The notes under the pieces are model-generated. The model saw only the letters and a list, made by a program, of their open reading frames with translations. It ran no database searches and was not told the origin of the DNA. The translations under genes and the position numbers were made by a program. A stretch of DNA of 63,871 nt, filler included, from Octopus bimaculoides (Eukaryota), in assembly GCF_001194135.2 (NCBI RefSeq). It is 6 parts of 6 records of this genome, joined end to end, with 100 filler letters (N's around TTAATTAATTAA, not from the genome) between each part and the next. Parts side by side here need not be neighbours in the genome. Positions count along the whole stretch, not along the records: positions 36,464 to 60,438 come from NC_069000.1; 5 more parts are not named here. One strand, written 5' to 3'. The number at the start of each line of letters is the position of its first letter. Position 1 is the first letter of the stretch. This document shows positions 39,001-52,150 of the stretch, in pieces.

Positions 39001-39684
39001 CACACACAGATCTGCATGTCTACATACATGCATGTATGTACAGATATACCTACATGCACACTCATACATATTTTTTATATTTACAAATGCTTCTAACAGG
39101 TAGAGAGTATAATTGATTGAATTGACCACAGTACATACCTGTTGATTATTTTATCCACCCTTGGAGGAAATGAAATCAAAGTCAAACCCCAGATAACAAT
39201 GTAGGTGTGTGTAAATACTTTGATACACTTTTTGAATTGTAGGAATAAAATAATGAGATGCTAAAAGTTGTACTTTGGCCAATATAATGAAATATATCCT
39301 TAAAGACACTATAAGATGATGACAGGTCAGTGACTAAAACCAGAAAGAGAGTAAAAGTAATATAAATAGATAGCTTATTATATGTATGCATGTATTTGTG
39401 AGCGTGCATACACACGCAAACACACACACACACACACACACACATACGTTAGTTGAGTTAGAGGTTAAAATAACTGTCTAGGGGATAGAAGTATCCATTA
39501 CACTACCAGTACATTACCTATGTTTAACCATGGGCATACATATGCAAGCATACTGTGCTCATAAAATTATAGGTAAAGACAAGGATAAACCTGAGTTTAT
39601 CAACAATCAAAATTTAAAGAAGACAGAAAATAGAAATATTGATGAACAACAATTGAATTATTATTCATCAATTCAATAGAAATA

Positions 39685-40646
39685 GACTGCATCCCATCTA
39701 ACAGCTGTTTCTGCTTCGAATGGTGTATGGTTTGCCATTGATATGCTAAAAATATTTATCATATTTGGTAATAAAACTGGTTGGAAACATGGAGCTTCAT
39801 CAGAGTGAAGAATAAATAAAGAAGAGCATGGAGAAGAAAAAGGGAAAAGTCGAATATGGTTGTAATCATACAATTTTGCTTTTGTATATCTCTTTGGGAT
39901 ATTGAACAATAGTGGTATACGCCAGTCAGTTTCAGTCAGAGAAGGGTTGAAGATACAATAAGATTTTAGATTAATCATAATATTTTATAATACTTATGTT
40001 TGTAGTACTAATTAATAGTATTAATCATAATAAAGTGCTAATCAGTTAAATGTAATTTTATTTATTTACTAGTAGGTGGTTAAGCCCTTCCACCTGTTGT
40101 CAGAAGTGAGATAGGCCAAGGTCCAACATAATGATGTAATTGGTCAGTTGAAATTTAAAAACAAAAGGCCAGCTATTGAGACCATTATACAGGGTAAGAT
40201 AAATAAATAAATGAATGGAAAAATGGTGTATGTTGTAAGGGGCCTGAAAATGCTTAGGATAGTAAATACTAGATTTAAAAAATAGTAATAATATCATGGA
40301 ATAAATATTAAGAGAGGAACCTGTCCAGATATTTAGGAAGTAAGGTGGTTGGGTTTGAAAATGGTTCAAAAGTTTTTAATAGGAATGTGAAATTAGTAAA
40401 AACAATGAAACAAATTCATTCTGTAGGAAAATTAGGGAAATATTTATGGCTAAGGGGAGGTAATAACTAGGGTAAGTGGCCTAAATCAGGGATTGCTGCT
40501 CTGCCATCCAGTACACCTAATCAGTGAGCTGACTAGTCCAACAAACAGTTAATTTTCCAGCTAATTGGCTAAACATATTTTTAGCATATCAATGGCAATA
40601 ACATACAAAACTCGCAGCAGAAACAGCTGTTAGATGGGATGCAGTC
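39685..40646. mobile_element. Candidate non-autonomous TIR element with 73-bp inverted termini and flanking TA
   Basis: 39683-39755 is the reverse complement of 40575-40648; TA|GACTGCATCCC ... GGGATGCAGTC|TA. Confidence 0.6.
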
Positions 40647-41017
40647 TAACAGTTTATAAATAACTTCTGTTACATTTTTAAAGAATTAACTGATTCATGG
40701 TTATCAAAGTTAATTTTTTTGGTTAACGAATGGTTAATGAAGTTAACTTCTCGATTAATGGTGCCCACCTTTGGATATATCTATGTTCGTGTGTCTTTAC
40801 GTTTGTGCTTGTTCTTCACCACTGCTTGACTACTTTTGTTGGTTTGTTTATGTTCCTGTAAGTACTGGGGTTGATTTATTCAACTAAACCCTTCAAGGTG
40901 GTGGCCCCTGCATGGCCACAGTTCATTAACTGAAACAAGTTTTCATAAGTAACAGCAAAAGTTTAATTCAAGTGCTTTGTTAGGTTGCTATACTGGATTT
41001 AGCTACCTTTGTGGATA

Positions 41018-41914
41018 TCAGGGGTACCCAAAGGAAACTGGAATTTTGCAGTATTATTTTATTCCTTTAGATTTACATGTTTACACTTTTATCACCTTCA
41101 AAGTATTCTCCATTTGAAGTAATGCATCGGTCCAGAAGCATTTTCCACTGTTCAAAGCACTACTGGAACTCCTGCGAAATGATGCCTTTTAACGCCTCCG
41201 TCATTTTTTTCCTTCACCTCTTCCACATCTGCAAATTCCACAGCACCAGTTTTCGTCACCAGTGATGACCTTCGAAAAAAATGTCTAGATCAATTTCCCA
41301 CTGTTCTTTCAGTTCATGGCATGCATTCAGCTGTGACTATTTTTGATCATCTGTGAACAAGCAAGGCACAGATTTTGCTGCAACTCTTTTCATTCGCAAT
41401 TCCTCACTCAAAATTCGTTGGCAGGAGCTCCAGGACACACCAGTCATATCAACAAGTTCATCAATTGTTTGGTGATGGTCCTCCAAGCTCAGTTCATGAA
41501 TTTTTTATGAGGTTTTCATTCATTCAGGAGGTCAATGGACACTTTGAACAAGGTTGGTTTTCAAGTGACCATTCTTAAAGCATGAAAACCACTCATAAAC
41601 TTGTGTTTTGCTCATGGCAGCATCTGTGTAAGCTGTTAGAAGCATGATAACTGTTTTGACTGTTATTTTCCCCAGCAGAAAGCAGATTTTCATGGAAGCA
41701 TGCTGTTCATTTCAGCCATTGCAAAAATTGATGAACAGAGGAGAAACACTGCAAAGCAAAAATGCACCACATGGCAGTTAGACTACACTCGACAATGCTG
41801 GTTGGCAGACTGATGCCTGAGGGTCGCATCAAATGGCTTCTAGCAGTGGAAGCCTGAACTACAACAGGCTTGTTCCACAGAAAACATTTCTGGTTACTTT
41901 TGGGTACACCCTCG
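41018..41914 (-). mobile_element. Mariner transposon, internally deleted
   Basis: Transposase end QWKMLLDRCITSNGEYFEGD; TIRs tcaggggtacccaaaggaaactgg / tggttacttttgggtacaccctcg. Confidence 0.85.
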
Positions 41915-42839
41915 TGTACATACTGAAGCTATTCACTAAACTTAGTAACCTTGGATAGATTGGCAATCATTAATGGTACTGGTGACATTCAGTAGGTTAT
42001 GGAACTCATTTTTTCCTGTTTCCAGGTAATTTTGGTAAATAAGTCTTCATAATTCTTCAAGAATTCTGTTTTTCAAATGAGTATATGGCTTATAGATTAT
42101 CTAGAGAAGGCTTTGCACTCCTTTCAACTTCTTGTTGCTATGTAGCTTGTCTAAATAAAAAGTAAATTGAATATCTAATCCCTCCCAGTTGGTACTTAAC
42201 CAAACCACCTTCAATTATAGACTCTCTCACTGTCTCCACGTGAGCACCTTATTATTTGAAGAAAATTTGAATAGATTCTTGCAGATATCTGGAGTTCCTT
42301 AAGATATACATTGTCATCATCGTTTAACATCTGTTTTCCATGCTGGCATGGGTTAGATGGTTTGACTGGACTGGTAAGCTGCAGAGCTGCACCTGGCTCC
42401 AGTCATCTGTTTTGGCTTGGTTTCTATGGCAAGATGCCCTTCCTAACACCAACCACTTTACAGAATATACTGGGTATTTTTTACGTGTCACCAGCAGCAG
42501 CAGCAGCAACCTGCTTATATATATGGGACATTGCAAATGTTATGCACACAAACTAGCAATTGCCAATATATCATAGCTAGTGTATCCCGAGAAAAATCAT
42601 TTAACAACAACATTATAGCTACTAATTCACATTACTGTATCAACCCATTTTATTTTCTATTGCTATTACAACAGTTCTTTGTGTATTTACATTTTATTGA
42701 GCAAATTTATTTTTTGCAGTTTACTAAAAGCCACCCTAAAATATTTAATAGACTTTATTCAAGATTTAAGAACTACAGAAACAACAACAACAACAAATGG
42801 AATTTTCATATTAAATTAAGAAGTTTATATATTACTTAC

Positions 42840-42920
42840 AAATTTACAACCAGATAATTTCACACAACTCAAAAGACGACAGCAGAAAGCTAAATTCTTT
42901 ATAGCAACATCTGTAATTTG
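42840..42920 (-). CDS. FBXL13: F-box/LRR protein 13 (dynein regulatory complex subunit 6) exon
   Basis: Acceptor tttcctgtag, donor |GTAAGT; QITDVAIKNLAFCCRLLSCVKLSGCKF; phase 0-0. Confidence 0.85.
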
Positions 42921-43289
42921 CTACAGGAAATGTAAAAGTAAATATTATTAACAAGTACACATTAGATATTTCATATTACATAATCCTCTCTATTGTGTTT
43001 ATGTAGTTATATTATTAACTTAAAAGATATAATTAATGTAAATTTAAAAATATATAAAGCAGGCATGGCTGAGTGGTTAAGAAGCTCACTTTGCAATCAT
43101 TAGTTGTCAAGATCAATCCCACATTGTGAGACATCTGGTAAGTGTCCCGATAGCCTTTGGTTGATTTAAACATTGTGAAGACACTGGCTAGTTGGAAACA
43201 TTATTAGAACATTTAAATACAAAGAAACAAGAAGAAAGAGAGATAAGAAAGGAAAAGAAAGAAAAAGAGAAACAAGTGGTGGGCTGAGG

Positions 43290-43480
43290 CAGTGAAAGAT
43301 GGAGGGGGAAAGAACGATAGGCCACATGCCCCAGAACAAATGGTGTGCTCAGCTGCTCTCTGCACTAATTACCACAATGGCATTGCCATGGAGAGTGGCC
43401 AGCAACACTTGCTGCAGCGGTTACTCCACCTCATGGGCCTCATTTCTCCAACAGGCTGCCATTAGCCCTATTTTTCAGAG
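43290..43480 (-). mobile_element. LINE-like (possibly Tx1/L1) 3' fragment; second copy at 58390-58560
   Basis: About 170 bp homologous between the two sites (ccagaacaaatggtgtgctcagc, tggccagcaa.acttg.tgcagc); both sit next to a purine-rich tract. Confidence 0.5.
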
Positions 43481-44269
43481 TAAATTGGCAGTATGGGGTC
43501 CTAAAACACCTGATGTCTCAATGACGAACAACACAAACTGATAGCAGCCAAAACTGTTTGCAAGTTGATCACATGGACAATACCTGTAAACTAAAGGACA
43601 GCTTTGTAACATGGTGTCATGCTGATACTACCTGAGAATTACTTTAAGAGTACACATATATGTGGATTATTCAACCATTTACACTATAAAAAATGATGCA
43701 CTTTACTTGTAACACAGATAGAGTCTATCAGGATAGCCTAGTCCCAAGCTGTCATGTTGGTTCTGCCAAACCTTAGTTGAAAAGCAAGGATTGGCAGCAG
43801 GAAGAGCATTTGACTGTAAAATCTTGTCTCAAATAAGATCCTGTCCAACCCATGCTTGCTTCGAAAAAATGGATGTCAAATAAATGAATGAACAAACATA
43901 TGTATTTATGTAGAAGTGAGTGCATGTGTGTGTGTGTGTGTGTGTGTGTGTGCTTGTGAAGCATAAAATTATTCAATGGAACTTTATGTTACATGCAACT
44001 TTATATTGTTTACATATTAATTTACACAAAATAATCTGAACTATGATTTTATTAGATTGGTCCTTTAGGTCACTGTACATGTCAGAGGGTTTAAATAGAA
44101 TTTATCTCTGTTTATCTCATGTAAATGAACGCACATGAAAATCACAACCATAACACTCAGAGCACAACTCCAGATTTGTACCATTTATAGAATATTGTCA
44201 GATTGTTGTTATCTCAAACTGATTTGAGATATTGAGTCAATATATAAAAGAATGTGAAGGACAACTTAC

Positions 44270-44407
44270 CAGACAGTGTGAAAGATCAATCTGCTCTAAG
44301 CCTGGACATTGCTTAGCAAACTTCTGGAGCCCTAAATCTGTAATATTAGTACACTGAGAAATGTTGATATTCTTCATCCTTGCTCTTTTTCCAATTGCGG
44401 AAATACT
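44270..44407 (-). CDS. FBXL13: FBXL13/DRC6 exon
   Basis: Acceptor ttttatcag, donor CTG|GTAAGT; SISAIGKRARMKNINISQCTNITDLGLQKFAKQCPGLEQIDLSHCL; phase 0-0. Confidence 0.9.
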
Positions 44408-45672
44408 CTGATAAAATAAAGAGAACATAAACTTAGTTAAAAAAACCCAACAAATAGTACTCTGTTGTTTTTGTTTTCTTTGGTGGATGTGAATTAGTAA
44501 CAATTATAAAGTGTGTGGAAGGACAAATCTTTTTACTCTGTGGTTGTTTAACACCAAGTCAGCTCTTATTGAGCAGCTCTGTGATTAAAGGTAGTTCAGC
44601 TGTAAGTATTATATCTCATTTTTAGAGAAAATGTATCGAAAATTATTCCATGTATCATTAACAAAAAAATAGATGTTGCACAATCTGTGTCATATAATAA
44701 TATGAATACAAAAGATGTGTCACTTCTTGTGCCACACAACCAATATAAATAGATGTTACAATCTCTATGTCACACTACAATCTTCTATTATAAAAGAGAA
44801 ACTGATCTCCATCTGTCTGTCCATAACAACATGTATATAGAGGGAAGGAAGAAGGGGAGGAATTAAAATGGGAGATAGTCCCTGTCATAACATATATCTA
44901 GAACAGGAGAAAAGTTGTTGTTGAGAGAGAAATATAGTGAGAGAGAGAGAGAGAGAAAGAAAGAGAGAGAGCGTGTGAAAGATAGATAAGTAGTACAGTC
45001 ACCATAGTAACTAACAAGTTTGATTAAAAACATGGGAATTTTAAGTGGAAGTCTGTCAACACAATGCAACGCAAACTTTAAAAAAATAACTAAATGTATA
45101 CAAATAAAACACATAGTTTCTTTCTGAGTTTTGTGTGTGTGTGTGTGTGCGTGCGCATCTCTGTATGTCTTTGAACATATAGACAACACAAACACAGACT
45201 TTAAAAAAGCACTTTCACTATCATGACAGGTTGTTGTTGTTGAGAGAGAAATATAGTGGGGAAAGAGTGAGTGCATGTGAAAGATGGAATTAAAATTTTT
45301 ATTAAAACATGCTGTTGCTGAGTATATTAAAGTGTTTCTTAAAATGAAGGATCTATTTCATCTTGACTAGGTCATTACTCAGCAGTGTTGCAACGGGTTA
45401 TGACTAGTAGAACTAGGTTAGACATGTCCTCTGTCATATTACAATGTAAATATATTAAATGTGTTACTCTATATATCCTTTATCACATATTGATAAAAAC
45501 AGAAAAGTTATACTACCAACTTAGACCTATTTAACATACCATATAACAGAAAACCTAACTTTGAATAAGAGTAGTGTAGTGATATTTCTTCATTTTTTTC
45601 TGTCATTTATTCTTTCCTTCACTTGTTCATGTGCTCTTTCATACAAGATAAATTTCACATTTAAACAAATAC

Positions 45673-45799
45673 CTGATCTGAACAAGAACTACCAGAAATG
45701 TCCAGCGAAATTAGATTTGGTGCCTGTCCCAATGCTTCCAGACTGGATTCACTGATGTTATCACAAAAGCTCAGACTAAGGTAAGTCAAATTCTGTAAT
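45673..45799 (-). CDS. FBXL13: FBXL13/DRC6 exon
   Basis: Acceptor tttctgtag, donor CAG|GTATTT; LQNLTYLSLSFCDNISESSLEALGQAPNLISLDISGSSCSDQ; phase 2-0. Confidence 0.9.
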
Positions 45800-46060
45800 C
45801 TACAGAAATAGATTGATTAAATATATACATGCAAGCATATACATTCACAAAGACTTGAGTAATTATAGTTGTCATTTGTTTGTAGCAGGTATGTGGGTAG
45901 GTGTGTTGGAATGTAGATATACAAGGAGATAGATATTATATTATTTCAGGGGTTAACAAGTTCATAAAGAAGCTTGTCTGATCATTTAGAATAAAGTACT
46001 CAAAAATAAGTCTGAGAGTAGACAAAAAAATATTTAATTTATAATTGTTAAGATAATTAT

Positions 46061-46120
<60 letters not shown>

Positions 46121-46197
46121 CAAAATGTAACTACATGTGGATTGTTGAAATTTTTTTCCCTCCATCTTCCTTTACTCTTGGACTCTCCTCTGTCCCC

Positions 46198-46234
46198 TGT
46201 TTCTGAAGAAGAGCTTTGCTTGAAACGTAGAATA
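46198..46234 (+). ncRNA. Minimal type I hammerhead ribozyme motif with intact catalytic core
   Basis: TGTTT CTGAAGA A GAGC TTT GCTT GAAAC GTA GAATA; CUGANGA, GAAA and NUH (GUA) all present. Confidence 0.65.
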
Positions 46235-46620
46235 CCCTTTCATTCCTTCGCTGAGCGTCTTTTAATATTTTGCGTGTACCATGTCCTCACGTTGTTGATT
46301 TTTTCTTGTGTTTTTTCCTTCATTTTTGGGGGATTAATTCTATATATATATATATATATATATTTATGCATTTATGCACACATGATAGAGTGTGTATGTT
46401 ATTTGTTCATGCATTTAACATTCAATTTTCTACGTTACCATGACATGGAAGCAAGATTTTATTGCTGGAATATCTTGCAGTTGACAAACATCACCAGCTT
46501 TTAGCCTGTAGGGCAAAACAATCAAACATAATGTTAACAACAAGGAATACAACTATCAACACTGCATTGCTCAAAGTAAAATATCAGATACACAGATTCA
46601 TACACACACACACACAAACA

Positions 46621-46675
<55 letters not shown>

Positions 46676-46679
46676 ATAC

Positions 46680-47600
46680 TGCTGAGGACATGCGTAAGCT
46701 CGCAAGGAATGAAGCCAGTATGCTCTGCTGGATGTGTAATGTCAGTGTGCATACTCGACAGAGTGTAAGTACCTTGAGAGAAAAGTTGGACCTATGAAGC
46801 ATCAGATGTGGTGTGCAAGAGAGACGACTACGCTGGTATGGTCATGTGTTGCAAATGGATGAGGACAGCTGTGTGAAAAAGTGTCACACCCTAGCAGTTG
46901 AAGGAACCTGTGGAAGAGGTAGACCCAGGAAGACCTGGGATGAGGTGGTGAAGCACGACTTTCAAACATTAGGCCTCACCAAGACAATGACTAGTGACCG
47001 AGACCTTTGGAGATATGCTGTGCGTGAGAAGACCCGACAAACCAAGTGAGACCATAACATGTGGCCTATACCAGGGGTGTAACCAGTCCACTTATGTGTA
47101 CCTTTCCTTCATTGGACACTAGACTCTGCTTGTGAAGACCTGTTGAGGCAAGTGAAATTGAAATCAAATTCAATGACTGGCATCCGTGCTAGTGGGGCGC
47201 TAAGGGCACCATCCGAGTGTGATCATTGCCAGAGCAGTTGACTGGCTTCTATGCTGGTGGCATGTAAAAAGCACCATTCAAGCGTGATCGTTGCCAGCGT
47301 CACCTTACTAGCACTTGTGCTGGTGGCACATGAAAAGACATTCGAGCGAGGTCATTGCCAGTGCCGCTGGACTGGCTCCTGTGCAGGTGGCACATAAAAA
47401 AACACCATTTGAACGTGGTCATTGCCAGTACCACCTGACTGGCCCTCGTGCTGGTGGCATGTAAAAGTGCCCACTACACTTTCAGAATGGTTGGCATTTG
47501 GAAGGACATCCAACTGTAGAAACTCTGCCAGATCAGATTGGAGCCTGGTGCAGCCATCTGGTTCGCCAGTCCTCAGTCAAATCGTCCAACTCAGGGCATA
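46680..47600 (+). mobile_element. RTE-clade LINE 3' end with a tandem-repeat 3' UTR
   Basis: MRKLARNEASMLCWMCNV and QERRLRWYGHVLQMDEDSCVKKC..GRGRPRKTW; ~65-bp repeats at 47221-47480. Confidence 0.9.
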
Positions 47601-47656
47601 CCTAAAAATGTATACACACATTGAATGATAATAAAGATAGTGTTTATTAAAATATA

Positions 47657-48943
47657 TTGGGTCATCCCATAAATAATGTGGTTTTTTATACATGTTTTAT
47701 TTTGCAAAATTAAGATAAATAAAGTTCTATTTTAATCTAAAATATACTCTCCTTCACTTTCTACAATGCTCTTCCATCTATCTGGTAGACTTGCAAAGCC
47801 CCTCTTCCAAAATTCACTTGTCTGTGATTAAAAATGTTCCTCCATTACGGTTCTGACCTGATATTCATATTTTTTCTGTCCAAATGATTTTGAAGACTGC
47901 AGAATAAATGATAATCAGTTGGGGCAATGTCCGGTGAATATGACTGGTGGGGCATCGTTTCCCATTCACACTGCTCCAGCCTTTGGAATGTCATCCTTGC
48001 TGTATGTGGCTGAGCATTATCCTGATGGAAGGACACTTTTCATCTTGAAACCAAAGATGGTCGTTTTTTTTTTTCTAGCACTGACTTACGTTGCTCAAGC
48101 TGCTCACAGTAGATCTCCTTTTTTATCATTTGGTTTGAGTTTAAAAGTTTAAAGTGGACTAAACCTTTCATATCCCACCAAACAGATAACAACACCTAAC
48201 GTGGGTGAAGACTTTCTTTAGCCTGGGGTGCTGGTGTTTCTTCTTTTCCTATCCACTGTCTTTGGCACTTGACATTTTTATAGAGAACCCATTTCTCGTC
48301 ACCAGTCATTATTCAGTCCAAAACAGATTCACTTGTGAGACATGACAGCAAAGAAAAGCACACATGTACTCTCTCTGTGCGATTAGACTCGGGAAGTTTG
48401 TGAGGAACCCATTGACACAATTTTCTGACTTTTCCGATGGCACACAGATGTTGATGAAATGAATGGTTGAATGACCATATCCAAGTTTTTCTGCTAGCTC
48501 TTCAACAGTTACAATGGAATTTTGTTCCATCAGGGTTTGCAGGACATCCTCATCAATCTCTACAGATCTTCTAGGATGAGGCTCGTCTTCTAGGCTGCAT
48601 TTTCTGGCTCAGAATTTCTGGAACCACTGTTGACACTGGCTTATGCTTATTGTCCAATCCCCATATACTGCATTAATTTCCTTGCACTTTCCATTGTGCT
48701 GTTGCTTTTATTGAACTCATAAACCAAAATATGCTGAATATGTTCCTTTGCCTCTTCCATTATAGCTTTGAAAAAATAACTGTTAAACTCGAACTGCACT
48801 CTTCAAAACGTACACTAAGAATAAGGACAAGGTAAAATTACTACCTGCTTTAAAAGCAAGTTGATGTAGGTAGTTTATCCCATCCCCCTCTGACTTTTAG
48901 TTCATGCAATTAAAAAAACCGCATTATTTATGGGATGACCAAA
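47657..48943 (-). mobile_element. Full-length mariner transposon (1287 bp), transposase disrupted
   Basis: TA-flanked TIRs ttgggtcatcccataaataatgtggttttt / aaaaaccgcattatttatgggatgaccaaa; motifs FHQDNAQPH, YSPDIAPTDYHLF, VEELAEKLG. Confidence 0.95.
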
Positions 48944-48989
48944 TATTTCTTTTTCCAAATTTGGTAGAATCTACAAACAGAATTTAATT

Positions 48990-50135
48990 TTTTATGAACA
49001 TGCGTTTTCAAACTGATTACTGCTCTGGTCCAGGCACTGCTGATAATGCAAAGCAATGGAATTGCAATCATAAAGAAACATTTTGTTAGCTATTTGTGCA
49101 CATTCTCAATCAATGGCTGTTCTCATTTCATTGGTTGTTACTGGTTTTGTACAATAAACATTAAAAAGTCAGACAGTGTGAGGTCTGGTGAAGGCAGAGC
49201 ATATTCTACTGAACTTATTCATTGAATCCACCTGTTTGACAAAATCTTGTCAAGGATGGCCCTTATTTACTATGGTAGTGTTGGGGTACTCCATCTTGTT
49301 GGTAATAAAGTAATAAAATTCCACATCTTCGAAGTCCTCATGAATACTTGGTATGAGATTGTTGCAGCATGTTCAATAAAATGGGACCGTTCACAGTGCT
49401 GTCAAAACTGAATGGTCCAGTTAAGCCATTTAATGATAAGCTGCACCATACTATAACTCCAGGTAAATTAACGTGATGACCCTCCACAATATGCAAATTC
49501 ACAGGTCACCAGCAGGTGCAATTGTGGCAGTTAATTAAGCCATTTAATTTATATTTAGCCTCATCAATCCAAACAATCTTTGTTGGAAAGTATACATCTT
49601 TTACACATCTTACCAAGTACCACTCACAAAACACCACTCTTTGGTCCAGATCATCTTCATTGAGAGTATAGACTATTCTTGAAATATAACTTATTCTCTG
49701 GCAGCACTTCAAAATGCAATGGACACTTAATTTTGAAATTCCTATCTCATGACATTCTTGCTACACAGATTTTCTTGAACTCTGACCATTATGTTTCTAG
49801 TATCTTTTCTTACTTTGCAGAGCTTGTTAGTGTCTGTGGTCTTCTGGAACATTTCTTGTGCATATTCTGAAAAGTTCCACCTGCTTCAAACTAATCTCTA
49901 ATTCAAGTGATGGTGAATCGTGTAAGTGGCTTTGTTTGAAACTCCCTCCTAAACTGTATTAGTACTTTGATTGCTGTGGTTTAAAACCTCCAGTAGCACT
50001 TCAGGACAAATTTCCTTTGTTCAAAGCTTAGTCTAGTTTCCACTCATTATTTCTAAAGGATTAAGTCTAAAAATAAATGAAAATCAAGCGGATTATCAGT
50101 AATTAAAATGTGTATACGCTTTCTGGGACCCCCCT
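48990..50135 (-). mobile_element. Tc1/mariner-superfamily (Tc3-like) transposon relic
   Basis: [39 protein letters not shown] and a degenerate SPDLT..DF motif. Confidence 0.8.
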
Positions 50136-50205
50136 CCCCCCCNNNNNNNNNNNNNNNNNNNNNNNNNNNNNNNNNNNNNNNNNNNNNNNNNNNNNNNNNN
50201 NNNNN

Positions 50206-50288
<83 letters not shown>

Positions 50289-50662
50289 CATATATTATAC
50301 ATATATATATATATAATATATATATACATATATATATGCAATGGGCTTCCAACAGTTTCCATTGATCAAAGCAAGATACCTACCCAAGGAGGTATGCAGT
50401 GGGACTAAACCCAAAACCCAGTGGTTATAGAGTGAACTTCTTAACTACACAAACATGCCTCTGTGTGTGTGTGTGCACGTGCATGCATGTGCATGTGCGT
50501 GTGTGTGTGCACATGCGTGTGCGTGTGTGTGTGTATGAAGATGTGTATTTGCAGGCAAATACTAAAACTCACTGAAGCAGGCAGATACACAAATTAACAT
50601 GTTTGAAAACAGTTATATTATTTTCAATTTCTATTGAACAAAATAGAAATTTTTTGACTCAC

Positions 50663-50782
50663 TTTTTAGAAATGATGATCAAAGACATATCACCCAGATG
50701 CACACAGTTTGATAGATTCAATTCCCGTAGCTTAATGGCACAGATCCCATCTGAAAAACTTCGAATCCCAGCATCTGTAATG
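50663..50782 (-). CDS. FBXL13: FBXL13/DRC6 exon
   Basis: Acceptor atctag, donor AA|GTGAGT; ITDAGIRSFSDGICAIKLRELNLSNCVHLGDMSLIIISK; phase 2-2. Confidence 0.9.
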
Positions 50783-52150
50783 CTAGATATTTTTTAAACT
50801 TTCTTCATTTGACAAGATAATCATGAGTATGAATAAACTGTTAACATTTTAGTGTAAATGAAATTATGCTTTATGAGCTGTAGTTGGAGACAGAAAAGAA
50901 TAACAACCCAAACATAGGTAATAGCTAGACTTGAACCAGAAACCCATTGCTTGCTAGATGTTTACATTAGCGGTCACACTGCACAGCACTTTCTGTTTCC
51001 TCTTCCCAAATTATATACTATTAATTATTTCTTAAATTCATTTATCTCTTCTCAGCCACTTAATACCATCAGGATAGCTTATTCAACAAATGTCCAGTAC
51101 AGTGAAGCATTCTATCTCAGTTTGGTGTTTACATGACAATTAATCCATAAATCAAAATATAAATTAACTGCTAACAATTTAATATAAATGTTATTAGAAA
51201 TTATAGGAACAATTTTAATGGTAGGCACATTATGCTACCAATTTTAATATCACCTCCTGCCCTACTGGTGCAAGCATTCAGAGCTGACCCACAGTAAGGT
51301 GTTTATCACAATCATGATAACAGCCCGCCATAGTGTTGTAGAGTGTAGGATGTTGATACACTCTGCCTAAATGTTTCTGTCAAAAAATAACACTAAACCC
51401 AGAAGACAATTCTTCCTCATCTTCTCTAATATCTTTAGACTCTGATCCAATCTGTAGCACATATACTGCCACTTACTGAATTACACATTCTATTCTTCTA
51501 CCATCTGCAACTCTTTTTGCTCTTCAGACTAGTCAAAATTCACTTTGAAAAATTGTTTTCTGTACATATATGTGTGGTGTTACATGTGGTGTTATGGGCT
51601 GTGATGAGCTATGTGTTGTTGGTGGAGAGAGATTGCAGATGAAGCAAACAGAAGTGAAGACAGACTGGAAGTCAGCCACACGCAGTGGACAGCGAGCATG
51701 TGTGGGCAGTTCAAAGATAGACGGCATACGTACAAGACGTGTTTTGATCTGGAGCGATTGTTTACCCTGCCACGGTCGACAAGGTAAGGTCCCAGTGTTT
51801 CGTTCTCCCTTTTGCTTCCTGTTGTCTTTTTCTNNNNNNNNNNNNNNNNNNNNNNNNNNNNNNNNNNNNNNNNNNNNNNNNNNNNNNNNNNNNNNNNNNN
51901 NNNNNNNNNNNNNNNNNNNNNNNNNNNNNNNNNNNNNNNNNNNNNNNNNNNNNNNNNNNNNNNNNNNNNNNNNNNNNNNNNNNNNNNNNNNNNNNNNNNN
52001 NNNNNNNNNNNNNNNNNNNNNNNNNNNNNNNNNNNNNNNNNNNNNNNNNNNNNNNNNNNNNNNNNNNNNNNNNNNNNNNNNNNNNNNNNNNNNNNNNNNN
52101 NNNNNNNNNNNNNNNNNNNNNNNNNNNNNNNNNNNNNNNNNNNNNNNNNN

